A DNA stretch of 64,000 bases from contig NC_087251.1 of assembly GCF_037042905.1 (NCBI RefSeq), positions 2,172,001 to 2,236,000 on the forward strand, given 5' to 3'. A program made the position numbers and the translations under genes. Shown one piece after another: positions 1-14,608 of this stretch (position 1 is the first letter of the stretch; each line of letters starts with the position of its first letter). Under the pieces are notes generated by a model. The model saw nothing but the letters and a program-made list of their open reading frames with translations, had not been told where the DNA came from and did no database searches. The stretch is from Lytechinus pictus. Lineage: Eukaryota.

Positions 1-410
1 TATCGGATATTACAAGAAGTACTTGACCCAGATGTTAAGGCTGTATTCTGCACTCTGTTACGCAATGATTTGCAATCAATTGATATCAAACAACAACCAA
101 TTAAAATCATTGTTACATGTGCATTTTTTCAAATTCTGATCAGGAACCAATAAGGAGTGTTCTATATAATTAAAATCAATAGCAAAATTTTGTTATGCGA
201 AACAGGTTTCCTAACATCACATTGATTATGACGGACATTGAAATGGTATTATTTACTGGTGTTATACTACAATGAGTAGAATCATGTTACTATGAAAGTC
301 TAGAAGACATTATCAAAGCCAAATTGTGCTAAGTGCCATCATTAACTCATGTCAAATTAATTGCAGTTGAGCGTCTGTTCAAAAATGTATTATTGCTTCT
401 CAGTCATATA

Positions 411-1494
411 CAGTCAGTCCGCAAGCCCTGAAAAAGTAGCTTCTTTTATCCAAGTGATATTCATGACTAGAGGGTTTTTGCATAGTTAATGAGCTTGGTG
501 CGAACCAAAACACCTCTTTTTATTTGGCCATTGCTGCTCTAAATATTGACCAAATTTCATGTTTTTGGTATCTTTGTAAGGAAGAAGAATCATTCTTTTA
601 GGTCATGTGTTTGGATTTTTAAAAGAATGTTGTAATATAGGTAAAACTTTTGATCTAAAACATGAAACAAAATATTTTTTTTCATGCAACAAAAGTTGTT
701 GTTTTCACACTTAATTTCTGTTTGGGCACAAATGATTTTTAAATCATGATAAAGCTGAAGATCTAAGCTTTAATATGGTATAATTTTTATAAGAAGATGT
801 ATTTTAGATGGGTCAGCAGCCAGCTTTTCATAGGCCAAGTACATTTTGCAGCTCAAAAACAAGAATACTGCGCTCTGATTGGTTATAGACTCCACACACC
901 CACGCAAATTCCAATGTTCCCCACACTGGGCCTCTGCAAGGTCACACTCACCATGTGGTAATCTCTTCAAATTACCCGCGCCTGTTTGTTTTGAAAACAG
1001 TATTCAGCCAATCAGAACTCTGGATTTTATGTTACTCAGAAATTTCAGAAATCTCGTCTTGCATCTTGATGGAAATAACTGGCTGCTGACCCATCTAAAA
1101 GATGCCACATATCAAGAGTGACATTTTAAGAAAGTATAGAGTTTGAGCTTTCTGATGATATAAATAATGTTGGTGCCTGAAACACAAAATGTTGCACAAT
1201 TTACAAGTGAAAACAGAGGAAGAAAATTCTGTTTGATGCATCTTTTCAGGTAAAAAATTCACTTATTTATCAAAATATTTCATTCAAAAGAAATGACCAA
1301 TATAAAAGGGTAACATTTACTCTTGCCCATGGTACAAAAATAATCAATATTACTCAAGAAGAAAGTGGTTAAATTCTTTGAGAAAGAAAGTCTCACAATT
1401 CACGAGATTTTGCAGGGACATGAATTCAGCCACGAGAGGACTTGGATAAATCTTGCTCATTTGCTCATTAACACAGGGGCTTGCGGACTGACTG
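411..1494. mobile_element. Non-autonomous Tc1/mariner-type DNA transposon (MITE-like)
   Basis: 18-bp TIR CAGTCAGTCCGCAAGCCC at 411 and its reverse complement ending at 1494; TA on both sides (409-410, 1495-1496); no transposase ORF inside. Confidence 0.8.
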
Positions 1495-3850
1495 TATATA
1501 GTGCAAATTGATTGCAGTGTCTAGGATCAAATTATAGCTGTCAATTTGAACAAGAAAGGACAATTTTCACCTTGTATGCTAATGCAAAATGTCTCTGGGA
1601 AATTCCCTCTTCATGATGTAGAAGAGTAACCAGATATAAGCTGTCATTTCCATGGAATTTGATTGTATGTCCAATATTTATGGTTTAATACAATTCAATG
1701 TGAGTGATCCAGGGTTAAATTAAGAAGTGTTTCACAAGTGATAAAATACATTCACATGAAATGTTATATTACATATACACATTGTCACTTACATTTGACC
1801 TAGACAATAAATCTTACACTTCATCAAAAGAGTCAAAGATCAACTCAGTCATAGTCATTCAGTAAAGTGAAATAGATGTTGTTGTTTTTTTTTTTTCATT
1901 TCTATTGTTGTTGTCATTAATAAAAACTGGTTGAAGCGTAATGATCATTTGCAATCGGTGCTAATCGACAACTCATGAGATTTTATGCTGATTATTGTAT
2001 GAATCCACTATCTAATCTCTGATCACTAGATTAGAGATTTCAGTAGACGACAAACTAAACCAACATAGACTGGGTTTTGGTTAGGGATCATCTTCTGGGT
2101 TTTCTAAGTGCAAGATTGGAGACATTTATTGGTCCAAAGTTGGTGAATAAGGATGAGTTTTTCCACAGATGAACGGTTATCTGAGAATACATGCATACTA
2201 TCATCAACATCCATTCAATAAGTGTGTTATCTGACATGATTTGCATTATTTTCAGTGCAATTATCTCTTCCATTGTGCTGTTCATTCCATTTATATGATT
2301 TGAATCCATGAATCATTATTAGTTTAATCAGTAATAATGCACATTAATATTAGTCTCATTCCCAATTTCAAATCTGATGCATAGTTTTACACCCATCTCA
2401 TAATAGGGAACATTTAGCAGTTTGATGAAATAGTGTATGATTTTTATGGTTTACAAAATGTGAATTGATACCAGGGTATTTTTTATCATGAAATTTGAAA
2501 TATGATCATATTCATTTGATTGAAGTAATCAGTATACATGTATTATGTAATCTTTGTTATTCATTGATAGCAATGTGACATGGCAAGAATGTGGCAAAAG
2601 CTTGATATTGCCTCTGATATTGGAGCAAAAAAATACAAAATTTTATATGTCTAATGGTAGGTGTAAATGTGTTATCAGATTATATGTATGCCAAGGCTAA
2701 TGTACTCTCATATATTTTCAGAGGTTGAAGATATATTTATATTTATTACTTATTATGTGATGTGTCAATGTTTCCATAATACTGTAAGTGGAAAAGTAAG
2801 AGCAAAATTAACCAGTTCTGCATGATGATGTGCTTGTCAAAAATGATGTGTGATTCATTGTATTCCTATATATATTCCTGTATATCTCGTTGCAGGTGAA
2901 ATTAAAGCAGAAAGAATGGGGGTATTCAACATTAGATTGGAAAAATAATTATGCTTTTTTTGTCTTAGATACTGTGAAAGTAGGTGAGAAGGGGATTGCA
3001 TACATGTATTATTGATATTACAAAAGTTTATTTGGATAGCATTGGTATTATTGAATCCCTGATATACTGTATATTTTAGTCCATATTGTCAAGTTTTCTT
3101 TGCATCACCTTTCATCCTTTATTTTCGAGCCCTTTAAAATCCTGATATGGATTTTAACAATATGTTTAATGCTATAGTATGTTAAAGTGAACTATGTTGG
3201 TTATCATGGGATATGTACTATGGACTTCCCTTACTGTATGTCCTGTTGCTATGTTTGCCTGAAATATGTATGCATTTGTCTCTTCATTTATGTTAAGCAA
3301 GCATTCACCATATTATGTTATGGGATACAACAATTTTCATTATAAACAATATTACGCAATAGGTACTGTTGACATTTACATGGAGTGTCACAGTATGCAG
3401 ACGCACAATGTTTCGAGCTTATATTTTTTTATTTTACATGATTATGATATAGTGAAAATTTATCAGCAGTATTAATCATGCTGTATTGGTTTTGGTCACT
3501 TCCAGTAAGATTTTTTTTATGGTCCTGAATTGTGCAAAGTTTGATGGTCTATTATTTTTAGGGCAAGTTGAGCTTTTCATTCATCTCCCGCTTTGGAAAA
3601 TGTAAATCATAGCACAATGTACACTATCTAATATGATGAAAACTTTTAAGTGAAGATATTTAGATTTTAAGTTTGTAAGTTACTTTTTCATTTCATTAAC
3701 CCATTGTTATTTACAGTCACTCTTTACACATATTTTAAGGTTAATAATAGTAATTTTCTCGACAATATCAATTATTTTGACAACCATTCAAAATCGAATA
3801 AAAATAATTCAGAGTGCATCGTTAGTTACAAAAACTTAACATACACAAAT

Positions 3851-3853
<3 letters not shown>

Positions 3854-3890
<37 letters not shown>
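3854..3890. repeat. (TC)n microsatellite
   Basis: Direct reading. Confidence 0.9.
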
Positions 3891-3891
<1 letters not shown>

Positions 3892-5039
3892 TATCTGACT
3901 ATTTTATTGACTTGGTTATGGTGCTCAACCTGGGGTGACCTAATTCATCTCTTTAAGTATTATAACCATGAATGATGCAGTAGCATTGTATGCCTGCCAA
4001 TTGTATTACTATTACATATCATTTAAATTTGTGTGTGACCACTGAATTTGTGGAAATAAAAATTGGATTGTGATATAATTTTTAAGGATTTTATATGTTT
4101 TTTTTTTTGCATTTAACCTACTGGAGTTTGATAGAATTAGTGAATGCCAGTTCCTTCAACATTCGCAAGATTCCAATTTTTTATGTAAATGTGATTTATA
4201 TCCATGGTAATCTGTGAAGTATATGAAATTTACTGTTTATGGATTAAATATGTGCGGCAGTTAAACTTGAGAATTAGGGAATTTAGTTTTAGTGTGAAAT
4301 GTTGAAGATTCCTGTGTATTGCCAACTTATTTATTTTTCCAATGAAAAAATGGCATACTTCTGATGCAGTATGTAGACCATGATTTAAAATATTTTTGAG
4401 ACAGTTTACTGCTAATCATGGATTAATAATTTAATTGTTAGCAGTACTTTCAAACTCATTATCATTGTGTGCTTGATCTCTGTTATGCTTTGTCCCCATC
4501 TTTTTGTTTTTATTTATTTTTTATGCATATTTTTATGAGTTGGCTGAATATTGATTTTAGTCAAATGTAGTACTACTTCACATGAAATATTTCTCAGAAT
4601 GCACTTTACGTAATATTTTATTATCTTTTGTAGTGAATCATTGTCTTTTGCTCTAACTTTTATACTTCAATAATAATTTAATTTTCAACTTCAGTGTGTG
4701 TTTTAGTTGTTACTGGTTTGACGAAGCATTAAAATACACAGAAGCAGCTTAATGCTAGAAATCTTGAGTCTGTGGATGGACATTTATCAGTTACATTTTC
4801 AATTTGTATATGTTTGAATAGGGTAATATATGATGAGGTGCATTTACTGTAGGTTAATAATTCACTCAGTGGTTTTGTTCATGGTGTAGTAATTTCTTTT
4901 TCTTCTAGACCTTTGTATTTTGGTATGTAATAAACAAGTATGTGTTAATTGATGGATTTCTTGCAAATCTTGAGAAAGAAAAGAAGCAAACTGTTTTTAT
5001 TCAGCAAACGTTTTTTTTGGTTTTTTTATACAATATTTC

Positions 5040-5460
5040 ATTTAAATATACCAGTATTGTTGAGGTAAAAGACAATAGTTGCAGCAAACAACTATTTCAT
5101 GAGAAAGTCTTTTTAAATCAAGGTTAATTGTCAAAATATCATGCATTTAGATCTGGTACATAAATGTAAACTTTGTAAAATCATGAAATCTAAGCTCAAA
5201 ATGGAGAATTCTGATGACGACTAACACAGAAAAGCATACATATGTGGGACACTGTATTAATATTGGTTAAAAAAAAAAAAACATTTGATGGAATTCTGTG
5301 CGTATTTTGCTCATTTCTCAGCAAGTATGCATTTTCTTCAAGAGCTAGTTGGCACATAATTTTTATTTGAAAAAAACATACAAGCACTTTGGTGGTAATT
5401 TCATTGGATTCTGTTCAAACTCATTTGAGATCGTTAACACAACTGGTATTTATCTTTAAG
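5040..5460. mobile_element. Degenerate non-autonomous DNA element, possibly TTAA-targeting (Kolobok-like)
   Basis: Left TTTAAATATACCAGT and right ACTGGTATTTATCTTTAA form an imperfect inverted repeat; the right end finishes in TTAA. Confidence 0.35.
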
Positions 5461-7239
5461 CAATGAATCTTTTTTTATGTGAGCAGTACCAATATTTAAG
5501 TATGTTTTTAAAATTCATTGAAAAATAATGTGTTTTCTTATATATATTGCAATATTGGAATATTATGAAATGCCATTTTATCAATTTTCATTGTTCTATT
5601 CCACATTCAAAATTAATATTTTATTTTATTCCTGAAATGCATGAGCACGCTTTGTAACAACAGTATATTCATTTTATAAATCTGTTTCTAAGAAACTTAT
5701 GATCTGTTTATGTAATGACCTATGTGATCTATGTATCACCATGTATCATTATCAATACATACCGTTTTCCATGTGTGTGTCTTCCCAGATGAAATACCCA
5801 TTGCTATTGTAGTGTATGTTTGTTGATAATATATATGTAGGCTGTGGATTGCCAGTACTTTGAGTGAAGTTATTATTCCAAATTATAATGTTATTGCATT
5901 GTAAAGCATGAATGCAGAAAATGAAAATCAGTAGTATTTCTTTCCAAAGTAAATTATGGTACAGTTTTATTTAATACATAAGACAATTTATGACAAGCAT
6001 ATGTTTCCCTTTTTTGTTACAAGTATGACAGACATACCTTTATGTTATATTCAAATAAAAATCACATTAAATGTGTTTCTGTTAATCACTATAATGATTG
6101 TGATATCAAATTGGTATGTTTTCTTGTTCTCAGTATAATGTTGCTACAATGTTAAACACTTAAGTGACTCATGTGGCAAAAGTCTTATATACAGTGAAGG
6201 CATAATGATGTTACAGTATGTGATCAAGTGAATATAATAAAGATGTGATATTGCAATGTAGAGCACATTGTGACTTGTCTATGACAGTATATTTTTTGTG
6301 ATATATTGTGAGCAATAAAGAAAGTGAATATTTCAGTGATTAGTTATTGCTTGTGTACATTATTTATTGATATGTAGAGCAGGACTAGAGCTTACAACAA
6401 ACTTTGACACCTTCATACACTTTTCCACCCCAACATTTAGTTGATTTTAATAAAGAGGAAAAGAGAAGAAATAGCCTTAAAAAACACTGAAAATGTAAGA
6501 TGTAAAATATTTAATGTTTTGCTGATACTGAAATTTAAATATGACATGAGAATTAAGAACAAAAAAATTGACACTTCTCCCCCAATTTCATACAAAAACT
6601 TGTGGTTTATAAAGAAAAATCCAACCTTTTGTGAAAGTGTGAATATAGGAAATATAGAATGTTGGACATTGGAAAGATATGGGGCAATGAATATGAAGTG
6701 TAAAAACTGTTTAAAAACTAGAAATTTAGACTGGATTTAAGATTGGCATTTTGTTGAGTAAAATTTGACAAGTGGTAGCGAATATTCTCCCATTTTCCAA
6801 GTATATATTACTTGTAGTTGGAATTTTGATTTCTCTTCGCACTTCTCATTAAATTTGGCTCACACATTAGTCTTGGGGTAGAGATGGGCAAGACTTGTTT
6901 TTCCATGTGTTAGACACTACATTGCCATGGTAACAGCATATTACATCAATGTGTAAACATTGCGGGCTTGAATTACTTCATTTTACGACGTATGCTCATG
7001 AACTGTGGCACAAACATACTGTAGGCCTCGAGCTAAAGATGTGCTAGACACTTATTTGCATTTGTCAGAAATTGTGTTACCATGGTAACCACATATGTCC
7101 CCAAATCCAGGAAATCTCATTGTGGGTCAAACTAATTTCCAAGTTTTTATCCAGTGTCTACCAAAGCTGGTACAAATATTCATCTTGACGAGGGGTATGC
7201 AAGATTAATTTTCTAAATGTTTCTCGAATAATTTATCAA

Positions 7240-7690
7240 GTAACAAGATTTCACTTCTCTAAACCACTCCTTGAATCGTTACACTGGCTTCCCATACGAC
7301 ATCGTATAGTTTTTAAGTTACTTTTGTTAGTTTTTAAGTTTCTTAATAAGCAGGCACCTTTATATATCTGCGTGATTGTTTGACCCTATACACCCCTCGC
7401 AGGAATGTACGAGCCTCCAGTGACCCATTCCGTCCCGCATATAAAATCACTAAGAAACTGGCTGGACTTTTACCATAACCGCTTCAAAATATTGGAATCG
7501 CTTACCTTTTACTCTTAGACAATCACCATCTGTTGCTTCATTTAAAAAGGGACTTAAAACATTTCTTTTTTCCAATCCAGATTTTTAGGATTGTAAGGTT
7601 TCATTTTTATAGTTGTAACAATTTATTTTTCTTGTTGTAAGCGCTTTGGGCCATTCTGGGGAAAAGCGCAGTATATAAATGATAATGTTT
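7240..7690 (+). mobile_element. 3' fragment of an L2-clade LINE
   Basis: Translates LLESLHWLPIRHRIVFKLLLLVFK, typical of the L2/CR1-group ORF2 C-terminus; 3' stem-loop tail GCGCTTTGGG...GAAAAGCGC..TATAAAT at about 7641-7680. Confidence 0.7.
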
Positions 7691-8479
7691 TGGAAACTGC
7701 ATTACAAGGTAATAGGACGGGGTATTCATCTCCTTCAGTGATGTTTATGATTACAAAAAATCAATATATCATTTTGTTAGGTAATAAAATACCCCCAAAA
7801 ATGGATGGAAGGGAAGAAATTGTGATATAAATGGGAAAGAAGTATGATTATAAGAAGGAAGAGAATATTTTATAGAAAAGGGAATGATAGATAACTTGAT
7901 TTGAATAGTTAGTGATAAGAGCGTATCAAATTAAACAAAAAGCAGGTGATATGTATATATCATTGAATTATCACCAACAATCAGGTGATAATGTGAATTT
8001 TTCATTATTATGAATTATAGACACTCTTCCAAAAAAAAGGGGGAAAGATAAAATGAATAATAGGTTTGATGAAAAGGGTTTCAAAGGAGTACAGACAAAT
8101 GACTTAAATGGGAAGTAGAGTAAATATGAAATGGAGATTAAATGCAAAGTATAATGGCAGTATCGTATCGTGTATCTAATTCCTTTTAACTTTCATCTGT
8201 AATAAATGTACTCTCTTATTTTGTAACTTATCCATTTACATCATTTACACTGGCATCACCATGTGAATGTATAATCCATCACTTACTAGTCTTTTCTGGT
8301 TGATATTTTGAGCGCGCTCACATGAAATATGTGTGTCGGTAGGGAGTTTTAACAATACGTCGATCTTATTTGTGATTAGGGTTGATAGAGAGAAAGATGT
8401 ATTCTGCATTGAACGACAAAATGATAATAAACCAGAATAAAATGTTGCAAACTGGATGAGCAAATATTGATTAAAACTA

Positions 8480-9489
8480 AATTGTAATAAAACAATGAGT
8501 ATATCATACTCGGCATATGTTGGCAAGACATAAAATTCTTCACTTACGCATTCGTGAAACAGATATTAAAATGGTAGAAAGTGTTAAATATCTTGGAGTT
8601 TTTATAGATAGGGAACTTAAATGGAATGTTCATCTTGATCACATGTGTTCAAACATTGGTAAAAATGATTGGTTTCTTGGCAGACTGAGGCTAATTGTTG
8701 ATGAATCTAGATTAGAATTAATATATTCTTCGGTTATCATTCCCCACTTTGATTGTTTGGCAATCTAGTTCTAAAAATATTTGACTTTATCGCAAAAGCT
8801 ACAAAATTGAGCGGGAAGAATTATTCTAAAAAAATCAATCCATATTGCATACTTTATCCACATATATACATGATATTCTGAAATAGAAGACTTCAAATAC
8901 TCGGCAAAGGGAACATAATGTATGTAATGATGTTTAAAGTTTTGAATAATTTTGCACCTGAATATATGAAAATATCATACCCATACTTTCTGCGTACAGA
9001 AAATCACCTTAGTCTCCCAAAACCACAGTCAAATAACTGTAAACGAACATTTTTGTATAGGGGGGCTACACTTTATAACCAATTACCAATTAATTTGTCG
9101 TCTAGTTCAACTATTCAGTCCTTTAAATCCAATTTTCAATTGTATCTCAGTTTTCCATATTTTTTTGTTGCCTGTAGTTGCATTGTTTTTTAGGGCTGGG
9201 TGATTGTCTGTATGTTATTTCTTTTAATGTATTCGATTAAGTTTTGTGTATATTTTTGTAATCATACATGTATATATTTGCTTTATATGCTTTGTTTTAT
9301 TTGCTTTATTTGTTTTAGCTCGAACTAAAGCCGGGGTAATAATAGCAGTACTTTGTATCCTCTGGCAAAAAACGCTTTATAAATCCAGCTATTATTATCA
9401 TTATTATTATTATTATTATTATTATCATTTTGATCATTATCATTATTATTATTATTGTTATTATTATTATCTTTATTATTATTATTATC

Positions 9490-9522
<33 letters not shown>

Positions 9523-9650
9523 AAGGAACCCGTTGAAGAGCAGTGGTAATTTGTTTATACCGCTGAAATGGACCATCTTCCATATCTATACGATTTGTCA
9601 CATTTAAACATTTATATACAAATAAATATAAACAAACAAACAAATAAGTT
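8480..9650 (+). mobile_element. Degenerate CR1/L2-group LINE 3' fragment, interrupted by a SINE tail and (TAT)n
   Basis: ORF 8517-8768 has VKYLGVFIDRELKWNVHLD (RT thumb region); ORF 8918-9193 has MFKVLNNFAPEY...KRTFLYRGATLYNQLP; stops and frameshifts lie between them. Confidence 0.75.
9317..9520 (+). mobile_element. 5'-truncated SINE (3' part) running into an expanded (TAT)n tail
   Basis: AGCTCGAACTAAAGCCGGGGTAATAATAGCAG...TATAAATCCAGCTA closely matches the 3' part of the SINE at about 27707-27794. Confidence 0.75.
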
Positions 9651-11059
9651 ATTACAAAGCCTGCCTACAGTGACGTAATGAGGCAGATATTTGGGTGAGT
9701 TGAATTTTTATATGGTTTTATATGGTTGTGGAATATTTGCGACCAAGCAATAATGATTAAAAAAACAGTGATTGATTTTGGAAACGGTCTGGTACATATA
9801 AAGGGGGATATATCGGGCCTATTAATGTTGTTAAGCATAAATATATTTTATCATCAACAAGCATAACGAGTGCTTAATCTTAAAAAAAAATGGAAGGTGA
9901 GTTCCCTGTTAGTCTGTCTGATAATGAACTTCCTGTTAAACACAAATCATAACCTATACCTTTCCTCCCTCCCCGCCTCTAAAAGCAATTAATCATTCTA
10001 AATTTATCAAAGTGCAATTAGTCCATTTTAAACGCCTCGCTTACATTTACACTTTGATGAAGGGTACTCTCACGCGTGATTCGTGAAATGAAGCGAGATA
10101 TTTCTAATGACGTAGAGTCCTTATGTAAGATGAACAGTAGCTACAGTAAATTAACACATCAAACCTTACAAAAAAATCATATCAATAACAAAGAAGATAC
10201 TAGAATTTTACGGGGATGTGCGCTTATAAGAGGAAAGTGGACGCTAAAGCGAATGGAAAGTTGGGGAATCGGATACCCCCCCCCCCTCTCCCAAAAATAA
10301 TAAAGAACAATAGCAATAATAATTTGAAATATGAATTGTGATTTTTTTTTAAATAAATCTTTAAGTAATGATAATAATAATGTAGTAGGAGTTAACATAG
10401 AGGAATAAGCTTCTCTTTAAAGTGTAAGAATGGCAATCCGTCATGGTAATCATATTATTCACAATTTGTGATAAAGTATTGTATTCATAATCCGCATGGA
10501 TATTTCCACAAGGATCGATTTTTTTTTGCGGTATGAATATGAATTCTTTTAGATTCACTCCGATGAAAATGTGAGACCAATGTTAACTTGCATAGGGCAA
10601 GGACCTTCTCTCGATTTCGTCGCTATATCAATAAGTATTGCGAGTATTTCAAAGTGACACATGGCTGTTTTCCCCTATTCCAAAATTCATTTTGATTAAC
10701 TTTGTTTGCAATATACTTCCAAAGCAGTTTCACAAGAAATGATCCTGCAATCTCCGTAAATATGAGATTAATAGACAATTGATCTTATTAGCTACCAAAA
10801 TCATTGCATCTGATTACTCATTTATAAAAAATGTCAATTAAAATCATTGACTATTTCTTTTATGAAACTCTGAATCACTCCCTAGATATCCATGCCTGTC
10901 TGCAGAAGCTTCATGAGATTGGGGAAGGGAATCATATTATAAAAATATGACATTAGTATATTGAAAGATGGCATTAATAGTAAGTTGAAAGAGATTATAT
11001 CAAAGGATGAAATGAATATATCAGAGTGTCACTGGTCTATCAAAAGATGACTTTATCAA

Positions 11060-11885
11060 AGGCCAAGTCCATCCCAGGAAAAATATTGATTTGAATAAAT
11101 AGAGAAAAATCAAACTAACATAATGATGTAAATTTCATCAAAATCGGAACGATCGATGATGTCCCTCACTATTTCTTTTGTTTTTTAATGTATGGTTTGA
11201 ATTATGCAATATTTCATTTTTTTCAGGATTGCCAATAAGGACCGACTTGACCGAACCATATACATGTGTAATATTAAAACGATGCTAAGTGGGAGCGTCG
11301 TGGTCTAGTGGTTCTGACTCTCGCCTTTCAAACAGAGGGTCGTGGGTTCGAATCCTAGCCGTGGCGTGTTTTCCTTCAGCAAGAAATTCATCCACACTAT
11401 GCTGCACTCAACCCAGGTGAGGTAAATTGGTACCGGCAGGAAATAATTCCTCAAAAAAGCTGTGTGCACCTGAATCGGTAGCCTAGCTTAGCGGGGTAAT
11501 AATAATAGCAGGGCCCGCTGGGAGAACAGTTTTTGGAACTGAAGTGGCAACCCTGGGTAAATATACCGTTGTTGTTGTTGTTATTATTATTATTATTCCA
11601 TATGTTCATATGGATGAATTAATCTTTGTTTCACTTGACAATGAGGAGAAAATTGGAAAATATCATATTTAATATTACAAAATACATAAGAAATGGTGAG
11701 TGGACGACGTCACCTGTCCCTCATTTGCATACCGACCAGGACGTGCATATCCTGTTTTGTGAAATTAAGCGAAACTTCAAAATGTCGTAACTTTCTTATT
11801 TTACATCCGACTTTGATGAAATTTTCGATGCAATTGGATTTTCTCTTTTTATTCAAATAAAATTTTGTTTGGGTGGACTTGTCCT
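11060..11885. mobile_element. Non-autonomous TTAA-flanked DNA transposon (Kolobok-like) containing a SINE
   Basis: Left (TCAA)AGGCCAAGTCCATCCC and right GGGTGGACTTGTCCT(TTAA) form an imperfect TIR; a second right-end copy lies at about 31005-31145. Confidence 0.65.
11289..11597 (+). mobile_element. tRNA-derived SINE, full length
   Basis: A box TGGTCTAGTGG, B box GGTTCGAATCC, body GCTGCACTCAACCCAGGTGAGGTAAATTGGTACC, LINE-like tail, (GTT)/(TAT) end; a homologous copy starts at 27517. Confidence 0.85.
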
Positions 11886-12542
11886 TTAAGTAAAAAGCTG
11901 GTATTACTTTATCAACAGATGACATAAAAATGGCAGTAATGTGTCAGAATATTATGTAAGTATGAAAAGACGGCATTAGTATCTTTAGAGATGATACCAG
12001 TATTATCAAGCGATTAAGTTGGTATATCAAGAGATGACATTATATTATCAAAAGATGATTGTAGTATATATAATGAAATGGAATTAGAACATTAGGAGAA
12101 GACATTAGTATATCAATTAAGGGATGATATTAGTATATCAATAGAATGATGACATTAGTATAATAATATATTACATTAGTATGAGGTAAAATCTAGTTCA
12201 TTCAATAGATCAATAACGAACATATTGGTAATTATAAAAAGTTTCAACTAAAACAATCATCTTTTATTAAGAAATTAGGAAATAATGTTCAATTAACATT
12301 TTTTTTCCTAATGGAATCTAATCAGTTCGTAACTTAACTACATGGAATATCTTCAAAAGTACTTCATCATGATCAAAATAATGATCATTGATAAACCAAC
12401 GTACGTTGAAGCTTTTATTCTAGATTTTAATGACGTGACGGAAATCCAAATTCCCTCTTTTTTTAATGGGATCTGGATAGAGAGAACGTGTGTGCCTGTG
12501 TATATTGTGTTTGACTTGTGTCTGGTCAGGTGCTCAGGAGGT

Positions 12543-12543
12543 T

Positions 12544-12574
<31 letters not shown>

Positions 12575-12582
12575 CGCGCACA
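12543..12582. repeat. (GT)n(GC)n alternating purine-pyrimidine tract
   Basis: Direct reading. Confidence 0.85.
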
Positions 12583-14507
12583 CGTATGTGTGGGGGTGTG
12601 AGGGGGTGTGCGTATTTGTGTGTACCATAGAGTTATATAAACCTAAATTTAACTCTATGGTGTATACACGTTTGTTTGTTTGTTTAATTGCAACGGTGTA
12701 TGTGCATTGCGAGGGTGCGTGTGTGGGTGTGTCAAAAGAGAGGGTGTGTGCGAGTGTGTTAAAAGTGATTAATTAATGCTGTCATATTAAATTGGTTATC
12801 ATTAACAATAAAATGCTTTCAGGCAATATATAAGGTCATAATAACTTAATTTGTTACTACACGTTGAGTGATTAGATTGAGACCTTTATTGGCCTATTAG
12901 CGTCGGTCAAAGTAGGAATACAGATAATTATCTATTTATTAGCTTGCTAATACCATGTTGCCTTTTTTATCGTTGTGTGCTCTGTAAATTGCTTTTTTTA
13001 AAGAGCCTGATATACGTTATACACGTTTTGAGCGTCAATGATTTTTATCGAAATAAGTATCACTGGAAAGAGTCATGATCAACTAGAGAGTTGATATCCC
13101 ACTCGATTATACTTACAGATCCTCAAACTTACGATACGATTCATAAACTGTATGATACGATACATGAATAACCACTTTCGCAATGTCAACGGATTGCTTG
13201 TTGTTCATTGTTTCAGGGTAATTGTTTGTTGTCAGTTATTTATTATTGTTGCTTGATATTTATTTTTTTTTATGTTGGTTAGTTACAATTTGTCATTTGT
13301 TTTTCATTTTCATTTTTTGGGGTTGTTGGTACGGGATACAATACAAAAACACTATAATAGCAATTTAAGTTAATTAACATATCTCTCTTTTATCATAAAT
13401 AATGTAATAAAAGTAAACAACGCATGTTTACATAAACACCAGGTGGAATGTACAATCGGTTCTGATTGTAATCCAAATTGTAGTCCTATTGAATCCAATG
13501 GACTGGCAAAGAGTCCTTAAGTTTCAAATCAGTTTTCGAGTGAGCAAGTGAAAGGTCCGATGATTCTAAATACGAATTGCAATCACCATTACAATGATGA
13601 TTCAAGATTAACGTGTGAAAAGGCCCTTAGTTCCGATATTCCGTTATGACCTTCAAGCCTTTTATATCAATTTCTAATCTTCTCGAAGCTTACCGTTTTA
13701 TCTATCATAAGAACATTCTCTTTTCTCCTTGAAACATGTTGAATGACCTCAGTGAAATTAACACATGTAAAAGACATACCTTCTTTATTTTTCCCTTTCC
13801 TTACAAACGATCATTATATTGTCTCCTGATATTAAAACAAGGTCTTTGTACATTCCAGAATAGTAAAAATTACACAGCCTCATTAAAATATGCAACTATT
13901 ACATACCATTGAATGAATGGAGTCGGGAATGGATCCAGTATTGTAACAAGTCTAAATTGAGACTTCTGGAATATTTGTTTTTCTTCTTGAATAATATTAT
14001 AATTCTTTATTTGCTATTTCTTACATCAAACTGATAATTCATCATCTGAACAGTTGAATGAATGGAGATAATTTATCTTACCATTCTGCTTTTATGTAAC
14101 AGGTGGATATTGTTGGTAGGTTTTTGGTTGTGGCTGCTTTTAAAGCCCCTTTCACAATTGGCGCCTCACTCGTGCGATATTTTTTTTTTCGAAAATATTT
14201 TTTCCGTCCTGTTGAAGAAGTGTTGTCTTTGAGTCGCAAGCAATATATAAAATCGTACGAGAGGTGAACGACCACTGCACCAGGATACAACAGTCGTGAG
14301 ACGTAATCGTGCGATTATTTTCATGTTTCCGGGTGCAACAGTCGTACAACGGCTGCAACGGTTGAACGATGATGCGACCAAGTCGCACGACATATGCGTT
14401 TTGTAGCGCCATATGTCGCGCGACCTAGCGACCCGTTGTACGACTACTACAACCGATCGTACCCATTGTGCGACACACCGCACCACCTGTCGCGCGAGGT
14501 GTTGGCC

Positions 14508-14515
14508 TATAAATA
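14508..14515 (+). promoter_or_regulatory. Putative TATA box of the MADF gene
   Basis: TATAAATA about 100 bp upstream of ATG 14609, within GC-rich subterminal DNA. Confidence 0.4.
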
Positions 14516-14608
14516 CGACACGCGATGCGACTTTCTTCATTACAACCGCTGATGCCTGACGAGACGCTGCTACAGTGAACAAGACACAACCAAAATACAA
14601 GCATCGGC

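Larger units (their letters stand above)
10940..12190. repeat. Degenerate minisatellite (GATGACATTAGTATATCAA-like unit), split by the 11060-11885 insertion
   Basis: Recurrent gacattagtatat / gatgacatta motifs at about 10940-11055 and 11900-12190. Confidence 0.5.

Noticed and set aside
11289..11365. Functional tRNA-Glu/Gln genes at 11289 and 27517
   Set aside because: A and B boxes are present, but the acceptor stems do not pair and the sequence runs into a shared SINE body and tail.
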